Source: Trueperaceae bacterium (GTDB lineage Bacteria > Deinococcota > Deinococci > Deinococcales > Trueperaceae). Taken from it: a stretch of 64,000 bases of DNA. The first letter of the stretch is position 1, and every line of letters begins with the position of its first letter. The notes below the pieces were generated by a model. It saw nothing but the letters and a program-made list of their open reading frames with translations. It did not search any database and was not told where the DNA came from. The translations under genes and the position numbers were made by a program. Location of the stretch: NCBI GenBank assembly GCA_965213925.1, contig OZ243927.1, positions 384,001-448,000 on the forward strand. Direction: 5' to 3'. Below are positions 41,088 to 51,511 of this stretch, in pieces.

Positions 41088-42143
41088 TTAATGAACGATA
41101 AGAGGCTCTTCCCCCTGCTCCGTCACCTCTCCAATCACCGCGGCTTTTGGGAAGTTCGGACGGATAGTCTCTAAGACCTCATCCACCTTCTCGCGGTCTA
41201 CGCTCAGCAGTAACCCGCCGCTCGTCTGCGGGTCCACGAGCGTCCACCACTGCGTCTGGGTTAGAGCGCCGCGTCCTCGCACGTGAGGTTCGACATATGC
41301 TGTGTTGCTCTTGTGTGCTTTGGTAAGGATGTTTTTCCCTAACGTTTCTTCGGCGTGTTCTAAAAGAGGTACCGCGTCCGCGTCTATGTTGAGGGTGAGG
41401 CTCGAGCCCTGTGCGATATGTAAAGCGTGACCGAGCACGCCGAAGCCCGTCACGTCGGTAGCGGCGTGAACCGCGGCGTGCAAGTCGTCCGAGAGGTTCA
41501 ACTTATTAAGTGCTTTCATAGACGTAATCGCCTCGCCGATTTGCTCATAAGAAAGCTCATCGTTTTTCAGTGCGCCCGTAAGCGTGCCCGTGCCGACAGC
41601 TTTGGTAAGAATGAGTGCGTCACCCACCTGAGCACGGCGGTTCGCCCAGAGCTTCGCGGGTTGCGTCAAACCTGTGACGCTAAAGCCGAGTTTCAAAGTA
41701 TCATCGTCAATAGAGTGTCCGCCGACCAACAGCGCACCCGACTCGTTGATCTTTTCGGTCGCACCTGCCATCAGCTCGCGCAAGACCTCTTGCGGCAATA
41801 CGTCTAAAGGATACGCCAAAATGGTCAGCGCCGTCGTCGGCGTCGCGCCCATTGCGAACACGTCACTGAGTGCATTCGCCGCCGCCACCGCGCCGAAGTC
41901 ATAAGGGTCGTCTAAAATCGGCGTGAAGAAGTCCAGCGTTTGCACCATCACCTGGTTGTGATTGACCTGCCAGACAGCAGCGTCGTCTAAAAAGTCCGTA
42001 CCGACAAGCAGACTCGGGTGCTCCTGCCGCGGGAGCGACTTGAGCAAATTCGAGAGCGTTCCCGCTGCAATCTTAGCAGCGCAGCCTCCCTTTTTGACAG
42101 TCTGTGTAAGCCTTATCGGTTGGTCAGTGACTGGATTATCCAC
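41088..42143 (-). CDS. selD: Selenide, water dikinase (Cys form)
   Basis: GGCAAKI, DFFTPI, NALSDVFAMG, TDVTGFG, DPQTSGGLL. Confidence 0.95.
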   Translation of the reverse strand: MDNPVTDQPIRLTQTVKKGGCAAKIAAGTLSNLLKSLPRQEHPSLLVGTDFLDDAAVWQVNHNQVMVQTLDFFTPILDDPYDFGAVAAANALSDVFAMGATPTTALTILAYPLDVLPQEVLRELMAGATEKINESGALLVGGHSIDDDTLKLGFSVTGLTQPAKLWANRRAQVGDALILTKAVGTGTLTGALKNDELSYEQIGEAITSMKALNKLNLSDDLHAAVHAATDVTGFGVLGHALHIAQGSSLTLNIDADAVPLLEHAEETLGKNILTKAHKSNTAYVEPHVRGRGALTQTQWWTLVDPQTSGGLLLSVDREKVDEVLETIRPNFPKAAVIGEVTEQGEEPLIVH

Positions 42144-43183
42144 GCTTTACACTCCTCACGGCTACCTTGAAAGATGACGGGTCGGTTCATGGCGCTAAGA
42201 CTCTTGCGGTACAAGGGGTCGTAATACTCGGTTAAAAGCGGGGCGATCCAAGTGTGCGCGGCGGGGTCGCACCACGCGCCACACGCAGAAGCCTCCTCTA
42301 AATTTTTCGCGCCGCGCTCCACCACGTCATTGCTGAGGCGCTTTCTAAGTTTGAGCAGACTTTCTTGTAAGTACGCTTTCGTCGCCTCTACGCCGTGAGT
42401 ATCACTTAGGGAGAGAACGTAGTCGCGGTGGATTTGCACCGCGCGGCTCGCTACAGACTCTTCAACAAGGATAAGAGGCCCCTTCTCGATCTCCCTATAG
42501 ATAGGCTCGGGCAGTTGCCGCTTGCCGATATTACGCGACTCGTCCTCTAAAAGCAGCACGTTTGCCGAACTGAGCAGCAACTTCGTCGCCAGATTGTTCT
42601 CGAAGGTCGCTTGGGCGCTCTGCGGTTCTAAAAGACTCCCGAACGCGCTGCCCCGGTGTTTCGCTTCGCCCTCCAAGTCGAGGGCGAGCAGGTCTGGGTG
42701 CTCGTCAAGCTCGTGCAAGAGCGCCGTCTTCCCCGAGCCCGTCATGCCGCCGATGACATAGGTTTCTCTTTTCGCTAAAGAGGTCCCCAATTCGCTCATA
42801 ACGTAATTGCGGAGCGCCTTGTAGCCGCCGCGCACCCTCGGCACGTCTTCACGCCCGATAAACTGAGCCGCCAGCTTGCTGCGCATCCCGCCGCGCCAGC
42901 ACATCACCGCGGTTGGTCCTGCGTTACATACCTCCCGCCACGCGGCAACGCGCTTAGGCATCACCGCGTCCGTGAGATCATAACCCAGCGCTACCGCTGC
43001 CTCTTGCCCAACTCGCTTGTAACAAATCCCGACCTGATGGCGCTCCTCATCGGTGAGAATCGGCGCGTGTACTGAAAAAGGCATCGCGCCCCGCGCCACC
43101 TCGACGCTCGCACGCACGTCTAAAAGACGAAACGCAGGCACGCCAGCGCCTGCGGGGTAAAGAGTATGAGGTTCGATAAGCAC
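42113..43183 (-). CDS. mnmH: tRNA 2-selenouridine synthase
   Basis: Rhodanese CWRGGMRS, GGYK, GMTGSGKT, HRGSAFG; adjacent to selD. Confidence 0.92.
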   Translation of the reverse strand: MLIEPHTLYPAGAGVPAFRLLDVRASVEVARGAMPFSVHAPILTDEERHQVGICYKRVGQEAAVALGYDLTDAVMPKRVAAWREVCNAGPTAVMCWRGGMRSKLAAQFIGREDVPRVRGGYKALRNYVMSELGTSLAKRETYVIGGMTGSGKTALLHELDEHPDLLALDLEGEAKHRGSAFGSLLEPQSAQATFENNLATKLLLSSANVLLLEDESRNIGKRQLPEPIYREIEKGPLILVEESVASRAVQIHRDYVLSLSDTHGVEATKAYLQESLLKLRKRLSNDVVERGAKNLEEASACGAWCDPAAHTWIAPLLTEYYDPLYRKSLSAMNRPVIFQGSREECKAWIIQSLTNR

Positions 43184-43320
43184 GTTTATAGCTTACCAAG
43201 TCTGTCATCGGGGATAAGCGGTGGGGTTACTTACAAGAAGCAACGAGCAATGAGTGAAAGGCTTTAGACTCATTGCTCGTTGCTTCTTGAAGATGGTTTG
43301 CCACCCTGCAACTCTAAACG

Positions 43321-43959
43321 CTAGTTCGCCTGGCTCGAGACCTCCTCCAGCTGATACACCATCTCGTCACCCTTCCAATTCCGGTTGATGAACCGGTCGC
43401 GCCCGGAGTTCTGGCGGTAGAAGGAGTAGCTGAGCGAGTTCTTCTTGTAGTAGTCCTGGTGGTACTCCTCAGCAGGGTAGAACGTGCCGCCATCCGCAAT
43501 CACAGTGGCGATATCTTTTCTGAACTTATCCGAGTTTTCTAGCGCCTCTTTCGAGCCCTCCGCTAAACGCTTTTGCTCCTCGTTCGCGTAGTAGATCGCG
43601 GAGGTGTAGGACTCGCCTCTGTCCACAAAGGAGCCACCTGCATCGGTGGGGTCGTGCATCCGCCAGAAGGCGTCTAGGAGTTCTTGGTAAGAGATGACGG
43701 AGGGGTCGTAGTTCACCTCGACGGTCTCGCGGTGTCCGGTGTTGTTTCTCGAGACCTCTTTGTAGGTCGGGTTCTCCGTCTCGCCACCCATATAGCCCGA
43801 AATCGCCTCGGAGACGCCCTCCAACTTCTCAAAGTCCGCCTCGGTGCACCAGAAGCAGCCGCCCGCGAAGTAGGCAACCGCCCCCTCTTGCGTGTCGTTT
43901 TGTGCAAAGGTGATGAAGCTGGCTAAGAACAGCGCTAAAAACAGCAGTCTTTTTGTCAT
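43321..43959 (-). CDS. msrA: Peptide-methionine (S)-S-oxide reductase with signal peptide
   Basis: FAGGCFWC, AEEYHQDY. Confidence 0.93.
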   Translation of the reverse strand: MTKRLLFLALFLASFITFAQNDTQEGAVAYFAGGCFWCTEADFEKLEGVSEAISGYMGGETENPTYKEVSRNNTGHRETVEVNYDPSVISYQELLDAFWRMHDPTDAGGSFVDRGESYTSAIYYANEEQKRLAEGSKEALENSDKFRKDIATVIADGGTFYPAEEYHQDYYKKNSLSYSFYRQNSGRDRFINRNWKGDEMVYQLEEVSSQAN

Positions 43960-44185
43960 GAAGGTCTTCCTTTCTTACCCTCCATCATGACGTAAAAGTC
44001 GCCTTACTCCCGTATAACAGTTACTATTTTTAGCGAGTTTAGCCTTCACATATCGAGACGCAGAGGGGCTAAAGAGGTAGCGATGTGCGTAGTGTGCACG
44101 TCGAAATCAACTGTGGGCTAGGTGTCTCGCAGCAAAGCGAAGAAGACGATAAGGTACTGAAAGACACACAACTTTCGGAGACCCT

Positions 44186-45463
44186 ATGGAACGCCTTAAC
44201 TTCTTCAATCCGTTCAAGCATAAAGAGATGGGACAAGAAGACCCACTCACCCGCGCCCTGCTCATCCTCTTGCGCTATGAGCCCATCACACAAGCGCTCT
44301 TTCTCGACCTTATCAGCGAGGCGCTTCCCGCTCACGATGTACCATCTCTTTCACGCATGAATGCGCCTTTGGAAGTTCGCACGCAGGTCAGAAACTTGAG
44401 ATACGCAAGCGGCACGCTCCTCTCTGTGCTGATAACTGACCAACCTATCAGCTTGCCGGAGGTGCGTTGGTCAGACCGGACAGCAGTCTATGACGGCGTT
44501 CTCAACTTTGGCGATTGGACGTTCATCATCGAATCAAAGCCGGACGCGGCGGACGTGTGGACGGAGCAACTGAGTCCGGCGCGGACGTCCGTGCCAGAGG
44601 AGCACGAGTTGACGCTGCTGCCGCACGCCGCTTGCCTGACCTGGCAAGACCTCTTCAAACGGCTTATCGAACTCGAGGCGAAAGACCTCATCTCTGCAAC
44701 GGGTAAGCTTTTGGTGCAAGACTTTCTAGCGTTAGTCGATGAGTTCTATCCGAAGCTAGCACCCTACCGCGAATTCGCGCTGTGCGGCGACCATCCGCTG
44801 CGCCTAACGAAGCGTTGCCAGATGCTCTTAGAACAGCTTGCGGCAGGAACGAGTGTCCAGGTCGGCAACCGACCCGGACGCCCCCCTTACCTCGCGTTAG
44901 ACGGCGACATTGCAACTGAAGCGCATCTTCTCATTGAGGACCCAAAAAGAGGTGGAGCGTGGGAGGTACGCCTCGACCTCTGGCCCGCCGACTCCGTAAC
45001 GCAAGCAAGAACGTTCTTTAGCACAGTCGATAAAGCGACCCTCTTTGGGCTCCGAGACCGAGGCTGGGAGGTGCGTCCAAACCTTCACTTCTCCTTTTTC
45101 AGCACCCACCTCGTTTGGGCGACGACCTCTTTGGAGGCGGAAGCGTACTTCGACCTGTGTATGCAAGGGCGCTTGAAAGCAGGACAAGTATCTGCTGAAG
45201 GAGGTGCGTTTAAGCGTGTTGTGAGCGAACTTTATGAACTCGAGCTAATAAGCGACCGAGACTGGCACCTGCTCGAGGAGAAGTTTTTGAACACAGCGAG
45301 GAGCAAGGTGAACGTGATTCCTGGCTTTAATGTACTTTACTGCTGGTCTCGTGAAGAGGCTATAACACTCGACGCGCAGGGTCAATTCAGCGAGCAGCTT
45401 CTCACGAGAATTCAGGAGGCGTTGCAGTCTTGGAAGCAGCCTTTTCTCAGCTTCACCCTCTGA
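44186..45463 (+). CDS. Hypothetical protein, possible PD-(D/E)XK nuclease fold
   Basis: EDPLTRAL...YDGVLNFGDWTFIIESK fits an E..D..ExK arrangement. Confidence 0.55.
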   Translation: MERLNFFNPFKHKEMGQEDPLTRALLILLRYEPITQALFLDLISEALPAHDVPSLSRMNAPLEVRTQVRNLRYASGTLLSVLITDQPISLPEVRWSDRTAVYDGVLNFGDWTFIIESKPDAADVWTEQLSPARTSVPEEHELTLLPHAACLTWQDLFKRLIELEAKDLISATGKLLVQDFLALVDEFYPKLAPYREFALCGDHPLRLTKRCQMLLEQLAAGTSVQVGNRPGRPPYLALDGDIATEAHLLIEDPKRGGAWEVRLDLWPADSVTQARTFFSTVDKATLFGLRDRGWEVRPNLHFSFFSTHLVWATTSLEAEAYFDLCMQGRLKAGQVSAEGGAFKRVVSELYELELISDRDWHLLEEKFLNTARSKVNVIPGFNVLYCWSREEAITLDAQGQFSEQLLTRIQEALQSWKQPFLSFTL

Positions 45464-45481
45464 CATGGAAGCAGAGACCTC

Positions 45482-47377
45482 TTACAGCGCTCCCAAAAAC
45501 CTCTCCGCCTGCGGCTTCAAAAGCGGCTTCGCGAACAAAAACCCCTGCGCCTGCGGACAGCCGAGTTCGCGGAGCGCCGTGAGTTGCCCCTCGGTCTCCA
45601 CCCCTTCCGCCACGACTTGCAACCCCAAATTCTGCGCCATGCTGATAATGGTGCGCACGAGTTCGGCGCTCGAGGCGTTCTGCATCATGTTCTCGACGAA
45701 GGAGCGGTCGATTTTAAGCGCGTCTACGGGGAAGCGTTGCAAATAGGCTAGAGACGAGTAGCCCGTGCCGAAGTCGTCCAAGTAGAGCTTCACGCCCAGC
45801 GCTTTAAGGTCAGCGACGGTAGTTTTCACGAAATCAGACGAGTCGATGAGGACGCCCTCGGTGATTTCTAAGATGAGGTGCGCAGGGTCGAAACCCGTCT
45901 CTTGCAAGAGGTTGCCTAGGTCCTCGGCTAAGTCAGCGTGGAGAAACTGCTGGTGCGAGAGGTTCAAAGAGAGCGTGAGAGGTCGGGCAGTCTCCTCTTG
46001 CCAACGCTTCACCTGAGCACACGCGCTGCGCCAGACCCAGAAGTCAAGCTCGCGAATCAGCCCGGCTTCTTCGGCTAAACCTAAGAAGTGGCTGGGCTCT
46101 AAAAGTCCCCGCTCCGGGTGCTGCCAGCGCACGAGAGCCTCGAAGCCTAAAAGCTCGCCCGAAACCGCGAGAATGGGGTGATAAGCGACGCGGAGTTCGT
46201 CATCATATAAAGCGGCGCGGAATTCGCGCTCGAGTTGCAAAGCCGCCACCGCGTGCGCGTGCATCGCGCTACTAAAGACCTTGTAGCCACCGCGCCCTTG
46301 CGCCTTGGCGCGGTACATGGCGATGTCGGCGTCGCGCACGACCTCTTCAGCGTGGGCGTAGGGCGTCGTCGAGGTGACGATGCCAATCGACGCCGAGGTG
46401 TGCAACTCGTGACCCTCAACCATCAACGGGCTTAAAAAGGCGTCTTGGATGCGCTTGGCAACTCTGATAACCTCCGAGGCCTTAGCGACGGTTTCCAACA
46501 AAACCACAAACTCGTCACCGCCGAGCCGCGCCACCGAATCTGAGGGGCGGACGCAACTTTTAAGGCGCTCCGCAATCGCTCTTAGCATCGCGTCGCCTAG
46601 CGCGTGACCGAGCGAGTCGTTGACGACCTTGAAGCGGTCAAAGTCCATGTAGAGGAGCGCGGCGGTGTGCTCTTGATGGCGCACTTGCCGCTTCAAGACC
46701 CTCTCTAGGCGCTCGTGTAAGAGGAGCCGGTTGGGAAGTCCAGTCAGCGAATCGTGGAAGGCGTCGTAGTAGAGCCGCGCGTTAGCCCGCTCCAACTCAG
46801 CGACCTGACCTCGCACCTGGTACTGCCGCGCCCGCGCCCTGAGCGCCATCTTGAGGGTACTGATGAGGGTGTTCATGCGCACGGGGCGCTCGAGCAAAAT
46901 CACGTTGCCTAGAAGCTCCAACGCGCGGAGCGCCAGCATAGAGTCCGAGCCGCTCTTCGTGAGGAGCAAAACGGGCAAGTCCGACCAGTTGGGCTGCGCG
47001 TGGAGCGCGTCGATGAGCTTTTGAGTGTCTTGGAGTAAAAGGGCTTCTTCGGTTAAGACGAGCGCACCCGCGCTCTCCTCCAACTTCGCCAGCAAGTCCG
47101 CAAAGGTCGTCACGCTCTCGGCGTGAAGCTCAGCGCGAGCTAAGACCTCTTGGCTGAGAGCAGCGTCGAATCCGGTGGGGGCTAAGATGAGGACGCGGTA
47201 CTCGAGGGTTGGGTCGGCGTCCGCAGATTCCTCTTTGTCGTCTTCTGCTTGCATGTTGGCCGTTTGGGGAGTCGCACTCGAGGCGTTCTCCCTCTGAGCG
47301 TCCCTCTCTTCACGGCTCACTTCGTCCCCATCTGCTTTACATTCTACCCTATCGCCTGCCACCTTCGTCCCGTCCAT
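45482..47377 (-). CDS. REC-like/GGDEF/EAL c-di-GMP enzyme
   Basis: DSLTGLPNR, GGDEF, EALVRW, DDFGTGYSSL; N-terminal RVLILAP..DA REC-like region. Confidence 0.92.
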   Translation of the reverse strand: MDGTKVAGDRVECKADGDEVSREERDAQRENASSATPQTANMQAEDDKEESADADPTLEYRVLILAPTGFDAALSQEVLARAELHAESVTTFADLLAKLEESAGALVLTEEALLLQDTQKLIDALHAQPNWSDLPVLLLTKSGSDSMLALRALELLGNVILLERPVRMNTLISTLKMALRARARQYQVRGQVAELERANARLYYDAFHDSLTGLPNRLLLHERLERVLKRQVRHQEHTAALLYMDFDRFKVVNDSLGHALGDAMLRAIAERLKSCVRPSDSVARLGGDEFVVLLETVAKASEVIRVAKRIQDAFLSPLMVEGHELHTSASIGIVTSTTPYAHAEEVVRDADIAMYRAKAQGRGGYKVFSSAMHAHAVAALQLEREFRAALYDDELRVAYHPILAVSGELLGFEALVRWQHPERGLLEPSHFLGLAEEAGLIRELDFWVWRSACAQVKRWQEETARPLTLSLNLSHQQFLHADLAEDLGNLLQETGFDPAHLILEITEGVLIDSSDFVKTTVADLKALGVKLYLDDFGTGYSSLAYLQRFPVDALKIDRSFVENMMQNASSAELVRTIISMAQNLGLQVVAEGVETEGQLTALRELGCPQAQGFLFAKPLLKPQAERFLGAL

Positions 47378-47382
47378 CCGCG

Positions 47383-48879
47383 CTAAACTTCGCCTATCTC
47401 TCCAGGCTCAGACAGCACCGGCGTGCCGCGCAAGATGCCTTCAAGCCCCTCTAACACCTCGCCGATACGCAGCCGCTCGGACGCCTCGCCTAGATGAAGC
47501 TCGCGAATGTCGCGCTGATGCGGTCCGTTGCGCTTTTTAAGCACGCTAATCGCTTTGCGGATGCACCCGCTTCGCTCGAAGTAGCGCAGCATAATCACCG
47601 AGTCCACCAAGTAGCTCGCGTTCACGGGCGTGGTGATGCTCTCGCCAATAAGCCCAGGCTGCGTCACGATTAGGAGCGTCGTCACCCCTTTGCGCCCTAA
47701 AAAGGTGAATAACTCATGGAACTGGATGAGCAGCGACGCTTCGCTCGGCATGGCGTGGAGGTAGCCGTTCAAACTGTCGATGACGAGGACGCGCACGCCC
47801 TCCTCGACCATCGTGCGAACCGTGTGCTCGAAACCGCCAGGCGAGAGTTGCGCCGGGTCTACTTGCTGAATGGTGAGCGTCCCCTTCTCTACAAGCGACG
47901 CCAAGTCTAAACCTATCCCCTTCGCCCGGTTGAGATACGTGCCGCGCCGCTCATCAAAGGTGAAGACGACGGTTTTGTCACCCCGCTTGGCAGCGGCGGC
48001 GGCAAAGTGCGCACTGATGGTGGATTTGCCCGCGCCCGTGGGTCCTATCAGCATCGTGCCCGTGCCGCGCTCCAAGCCGCCCCCCAACATCTCGTCTAAG
48101 GTCTCGACGCCGCTCGTAACCGCGCCACCAGAGTGCGTGTCGCTATGCTCAGCCGCGACGAGGCGCGGAAAGACCGCTAAGCCACCCGGTTCGATGTTGA
48201 AGTCGTGATAGCCCGGACGGTAGGTGCGCCCGCGCATCTTGATGACGCGCAAGCGCCGGTGGTCCACGCCGTATTCGCGCGACAGGTGCTCCAAGTAGAT
48301 GACGCCGTGCGCCGCGCTGTGCAGGCTGCGGTGCTCGCTGTCCACCACAGAATCGTCTAAGAGGAGCGCCGTACAGTTGTGTTTGGAAAAAAAGTGCTTG
48401 AGCGCTAAGACCTGCCGCCGGTAGCGCAGCGGGTCTTGCGCCAACATGCGGATTTCGGCGAGCGAGTCGAACACGACGCGCTTAGGTTTGAGCCTTTCGA
48501 CCTCCGCTAAAACGGTCTGCGTCGTCTTGCTCAGCTCGACCTCGGAGGGGTGGAACATGGTGTACTGCACGTCCACGCCCAAGTTCTCCTCGGAGACGTT
48601 GAGTTCGGAGACTTTGAGCTTGTCGTCGTCTAGTGACCAACCGTGCGAAGCGGCGACGCCGCGCAGTTCCTCTGCGGTTTCGGATAAGGTGATGTAGAGC
48701 CCTCTCTCGCCTTGCGCGACGCCCGTGAGCAAAAATTGGAGCGCCAGCGTCGTCTTACCTGCGCCCGGCGTGCCCTGGACAAGATAGAGCCGCTCCGCCG
48801 TGAGCCCGCCGTGGAGGACGTTGTCCAAGCCGGTGATGCCCGTAACAGCTAATTCACCTGTATAGACTGCGTCAAGCAT
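47383..48879 (-). CDS. KaiC-like double-domain ATPase
   Basis: Two Walker A motifs (GTPGAGKT, GPTGAGKS); KMRG and KKR arginine-finger motifs. Confidence 0.9.
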   Translation of the reverse strand: MLDAVYTGELAVTGITGLDNVLHGGLTAERLYLVQGTPGAGKTTLALQFLLTGVAQGERGLYITLSETAEELRGVAASHGWSLDDDKLKVSELNVSEENLGVDVQYTMFHPSEVELSKTTQTVLAEVERLKPKRVVFDSLAEIRMLAQDPLRYRRQVLALKHFFSKHNCTALLLDDSVVDSEHRSLHSAAHGVIYLEHLSREYGVDHRRLRVIKMRGRTYRPGYHDFNIEPGGLAVFPRLVAAEHSDTHSGGAVTSGVETLDEMLGGGLERGTGTMLIGPTGAGKSTISAHFAAAAAKRGDKTVVFTFDERRGTYLNRAKGIGLDLASLVEKGTLTIQQVDPAQLSPGGFEHTVRTMVEEGVRVLVIDSLNGYLHAMPSEASLLIQFHELFTFLGRKGVTTLLIVTQPGLIGESITTPVNASYLVDSVIMLRYFERSGCIRKAISVLKKRNGPHQRDIRELHLGEASERLRIGEVLEGLEGILRGTPVLSEPGEIGEV

Positions 48880-49078
48880 AAACTGAGGTGAGCCTGAGCG
48901 TCGCTCGTTCAATTGTCTGTTCTTGAAATGTTCTCTGAAAAAAAGCCAAATTCTGCTCCCTAAGACCGTGTTTTAGCTCGTCTTATAGTGGGAGTCTAAC
49001 AGGCTGCGTATGGGTGAGGCTCGAGGTGTAAGAAAGTTCACCGACTTAGCCAACACTCAGCTTTTACACCGCCGAGCT

Positions 49079-49576
49079 TTACGTTGACTCGGCAACTTGA
49101 AGCTTCTCAGCTAACTCGGTATGACCGTGACTTTGAGCAAGTTGAGACGCCGTGAGACCTCTTGCATCTACCACATCCAGTTCAGCGCCCCTAGCCATCA
49201 ACAGTTCGGCAATCTCCCGTTGATTGAACATCGCCGTAAACATGAGCGCCGTCGCGCCTGCGCCGTTACAAACGTTGGGGTCTGCACCTCTCTCCAAAAG
49301 CTGCTCGGCGACGTCCGCGTAGCCCTTAAAACACGTCCCCATAAGCGGTGTATTGCCCATCGGGTCGGGTCGGTTAGGGTCTGCACCGCGTTCCAAAAGT
49401 AGGTCAACCATCTCCTTTTGCTGGTTATACGCCGCAATCATCAAGAGGCTGTAGCCTTGTTCATTCAAGAGGTCGGGCTCTAAACCCGCCTGTAAAAATG
49501 CCGCCAGCACCTCCGTGTCCCCACGACGAACGATTTCGTGGAAGTCTACGTTGCTGATATCTATGGGGTCGGACAT
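49079..49576 (-). CDS. Ankyrin repeat protein (catalase-associated)
   Basis: GYSLLMIAAY, GNTPLM, GATALM repeats. Confidence 0.88.
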   Translation of the reverse strand: MSDPIDISNVDFHEIVRRGDTEVLAAFLQAGLEPDLLNEQGYSLLMIAAYNQQKEMVDLLLERGADPNRPDPMGNTPLMGTCFKGYADVAEQLLERGADPNVCNGAGATALMFTAMFNQREIAELLMARGAELDVVDARGLTASQLAQSHGHTELAEKLQVAEST

Positions 49577-49743
49577 GGGGTTCCTTTGGGGCTCGAGGTT
49601 CTGATAGCGAGTCAGCATTTCAGCAGTTTAGGAAAACCTCGAGACTGACTTATGAGTTCATTTGGGAGATAAACGCTTGACAAATAGAAACATCCACCGC
49701 ATCTCATTCACGCGGCGGATGTCAAGACCGAACTTAGAACCTC

Positions 49744-51246
49744 TTAGCTGAGGACTGCTTCGCCATCAGGAACGTCGTCGTTGACGCCGAGTTCGCTGTG
49801 ACTGGGGGACTGCTTCAAAAACGCCCGCACGCGGCGACCGTAGTCCTCGTCCGCACGGTCGAAGTGCGGCAGTTGACGGTCGATAATCTCCTGCTTGCAG
49901 CCGCCCAAGGTCGAGGCGATCGCTTGCGCGAGTCGGTCCTTTTGCCCCTCGTCGAACATCCGATATAAGTTGCCCGCTTGGGTGTAGTCGTCGTGGTCCT
50001 CGCGCGAGTTAAAGCGGTCCACGGTCACGTCGCCCAAGTGCCACGCGGGTTCGGCGTAAGCAGGGTCAGGGCGCGGCGCACCCTCCACGCTGTTCGGGTA
50101 GTAGTTCGGGTGCCCGGTGCCCGCGCCCATGTACATGCCGCCGTCGCGCTGGTAGTACGAGACTTCCGCCTTGGGCTGATTGACCGGGAGCTGGCGGTAG
50201 TTCGTGCCGATGCGGTAGAGGTGCGTGTCCTGGTAGCTCATGAGCCGCGCCTGGAGCATCTTGTCGGGGCTCGGACCGATGCCGGGGACGAGCGAGCTGG
50301 GGTTAAAGGCGGACTGCTCAATATCCCGGTGATAGTTCTCGGGGTTGCGGTTGAGTTCCATCACGCCGACTTCGATTAAGGGGTAGTCCGCATGCGGCCA
50401 CACCTTCGTTAAATCGAAGGGGTTCCACTCGAACTGTTCCGCTTGTTCCTGCGTCATCACTTGGATATAGACCTTCCACTGCGGGAAGTCGCCCTGCTCG
50501 ATAGAACGGAAGAGGTCGCGCTGGTGGCTCTCGCGGTCCTGCGCGATGAGAGTCGCGGCTTCGTCGTTCGTCAGCGTTTCGTGCCCCTGCTCCGTCTTGA
50601 AGTGGAACTTGCACCAGACGCGCTCGCCCTCATCATTGATGAGCGAGAAGGTGTGCGAGCCGTAGCCGTTCATGTGGCGGTACGTTTTGGGAATCCCTCT
50701 ATCTGAGAAGAGGATGGTCACTTGGTGCAAGCTCTCCGGGCAGAGGCTCCAGAAGTCCCACTGCATGTTGCCGTCGCGCAGGTTGGTTTGCGGATGGCGC
50801 TTTTGCGAGTGGATGAACATCTGAAACTTGTAGGGGTCGCGCACGAAGAAGATGGGCGTGTTGTTGCCGACCATGTCCCAGTTGCCCTCTTCGGTGTAGA
50901 ACTTCACCGCGAAGCCGCGCGGGTCGCGCTCGGCGTCGGCTGCGCCGCGCTCACCCGCGACGGTGGAGAAGCGTGCAACGAGTTCGGTCTTCTTGCCGAC
51001 TTCGGAGAAGAGCGCGGCGCGGGTGTATTTCGTGATGTCGTTCGTAACGGTAAAGGTACCGAACGCGCCCGAACCTTTTGCGTGCACGACGCGCTCGGGG
51101 ATGCGCTCGCGGTTAAAGCGCTGCATCTGCTCTTGCAGTTGCACGTCCTGCATTAAGAGGGGTCCGCGTGGACCTGCCGAGAGCGCGTTTTCAGTGTCCG
51201 CGATGGGCGCGCCGTCCGCCGTAGTAAGAAGTTTTTTGTCCGCCAT
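49744..51246 (-). CDS. katA: Monofunctional heme catalase
   Basis: RERIPERVVHAKG, VGNNTPIFF, RLMSYQDT. Confidence 0.95.
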   Translation of the reverse strand: MADKKLLTTADGAPIADTENALSAGPRGPLLMQDVQLQEQMQRFNRERIPERVVHAKGSGAFGTFTVTNDITKYTRAALFSEVGKKTELVARFSTVAGERGAADAERDPRGFAVKFYTEEGNWDMVGNNTPIFFVRDPYKFQMFIHSQKRHPQTNLRDGNMQWDFWSLCPESLHQVTILFSDRGIPKTYRHMNGYGSHTFSLINDEGERVWCKFHFKTEQGHETLTNDEAATLIAQDRESHQRDLFRSIEQGDFPQWKVYIQVMTQEQAEQFEWNPFDLTKVWPHADYPLIEVGVMELNRNPENYHRDIEQSAFNPSSLVPGIGPSPDKMLQARLMSYQDTHLYRIGTNYRQLPVNQPKAEVSYYQRDGGMYMGAGTGHPNYYPNSVEGAPRPDPAYAEPAWHLGDVTVDRFNSREDHDDYTQAGNLYRMFDEGQKDRLAQAIASTLGGCKQEIIDRQLPHFDRADEDYGRRVRAFLKQSPSHSELGVNDDVPDGEAVLS

Positions 51247-51511
51247 AATTCCTCCCTAAAACTTGTTTCAGTAAGGTTGCGCCGTAAGATTGTAGTGGTG
51301 TTGTAAGAACATTGGACCGACGTCCTACTCTACCCAACCGAGATGAGGATAGACAGTTTTTCAAGAGACGTTTTGGCACTCATGTTAGGTAGGGGTTGAG
51401 CGATCACAGTTCAGACATTTCGAACGCCTCGGAGATGAGGTTGACAAAGGCTACCTGCGACATTTCAACGAGTAACCTCGAGTCCTTGCAGCGTGGGTCA
51501 AACCCTCAGCA

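Noticed and set aside
41088..42143. Selenocysteine-containing SelD
   Set aside because: The active-site codon is TGC (GGCAAK), with no in-frame TGA.
47383..48879. Circadian clock kaiC
   Set aside because: No kaiA or kaiB nearby; context points to the non-clock KaiC-like signalling ATPases.
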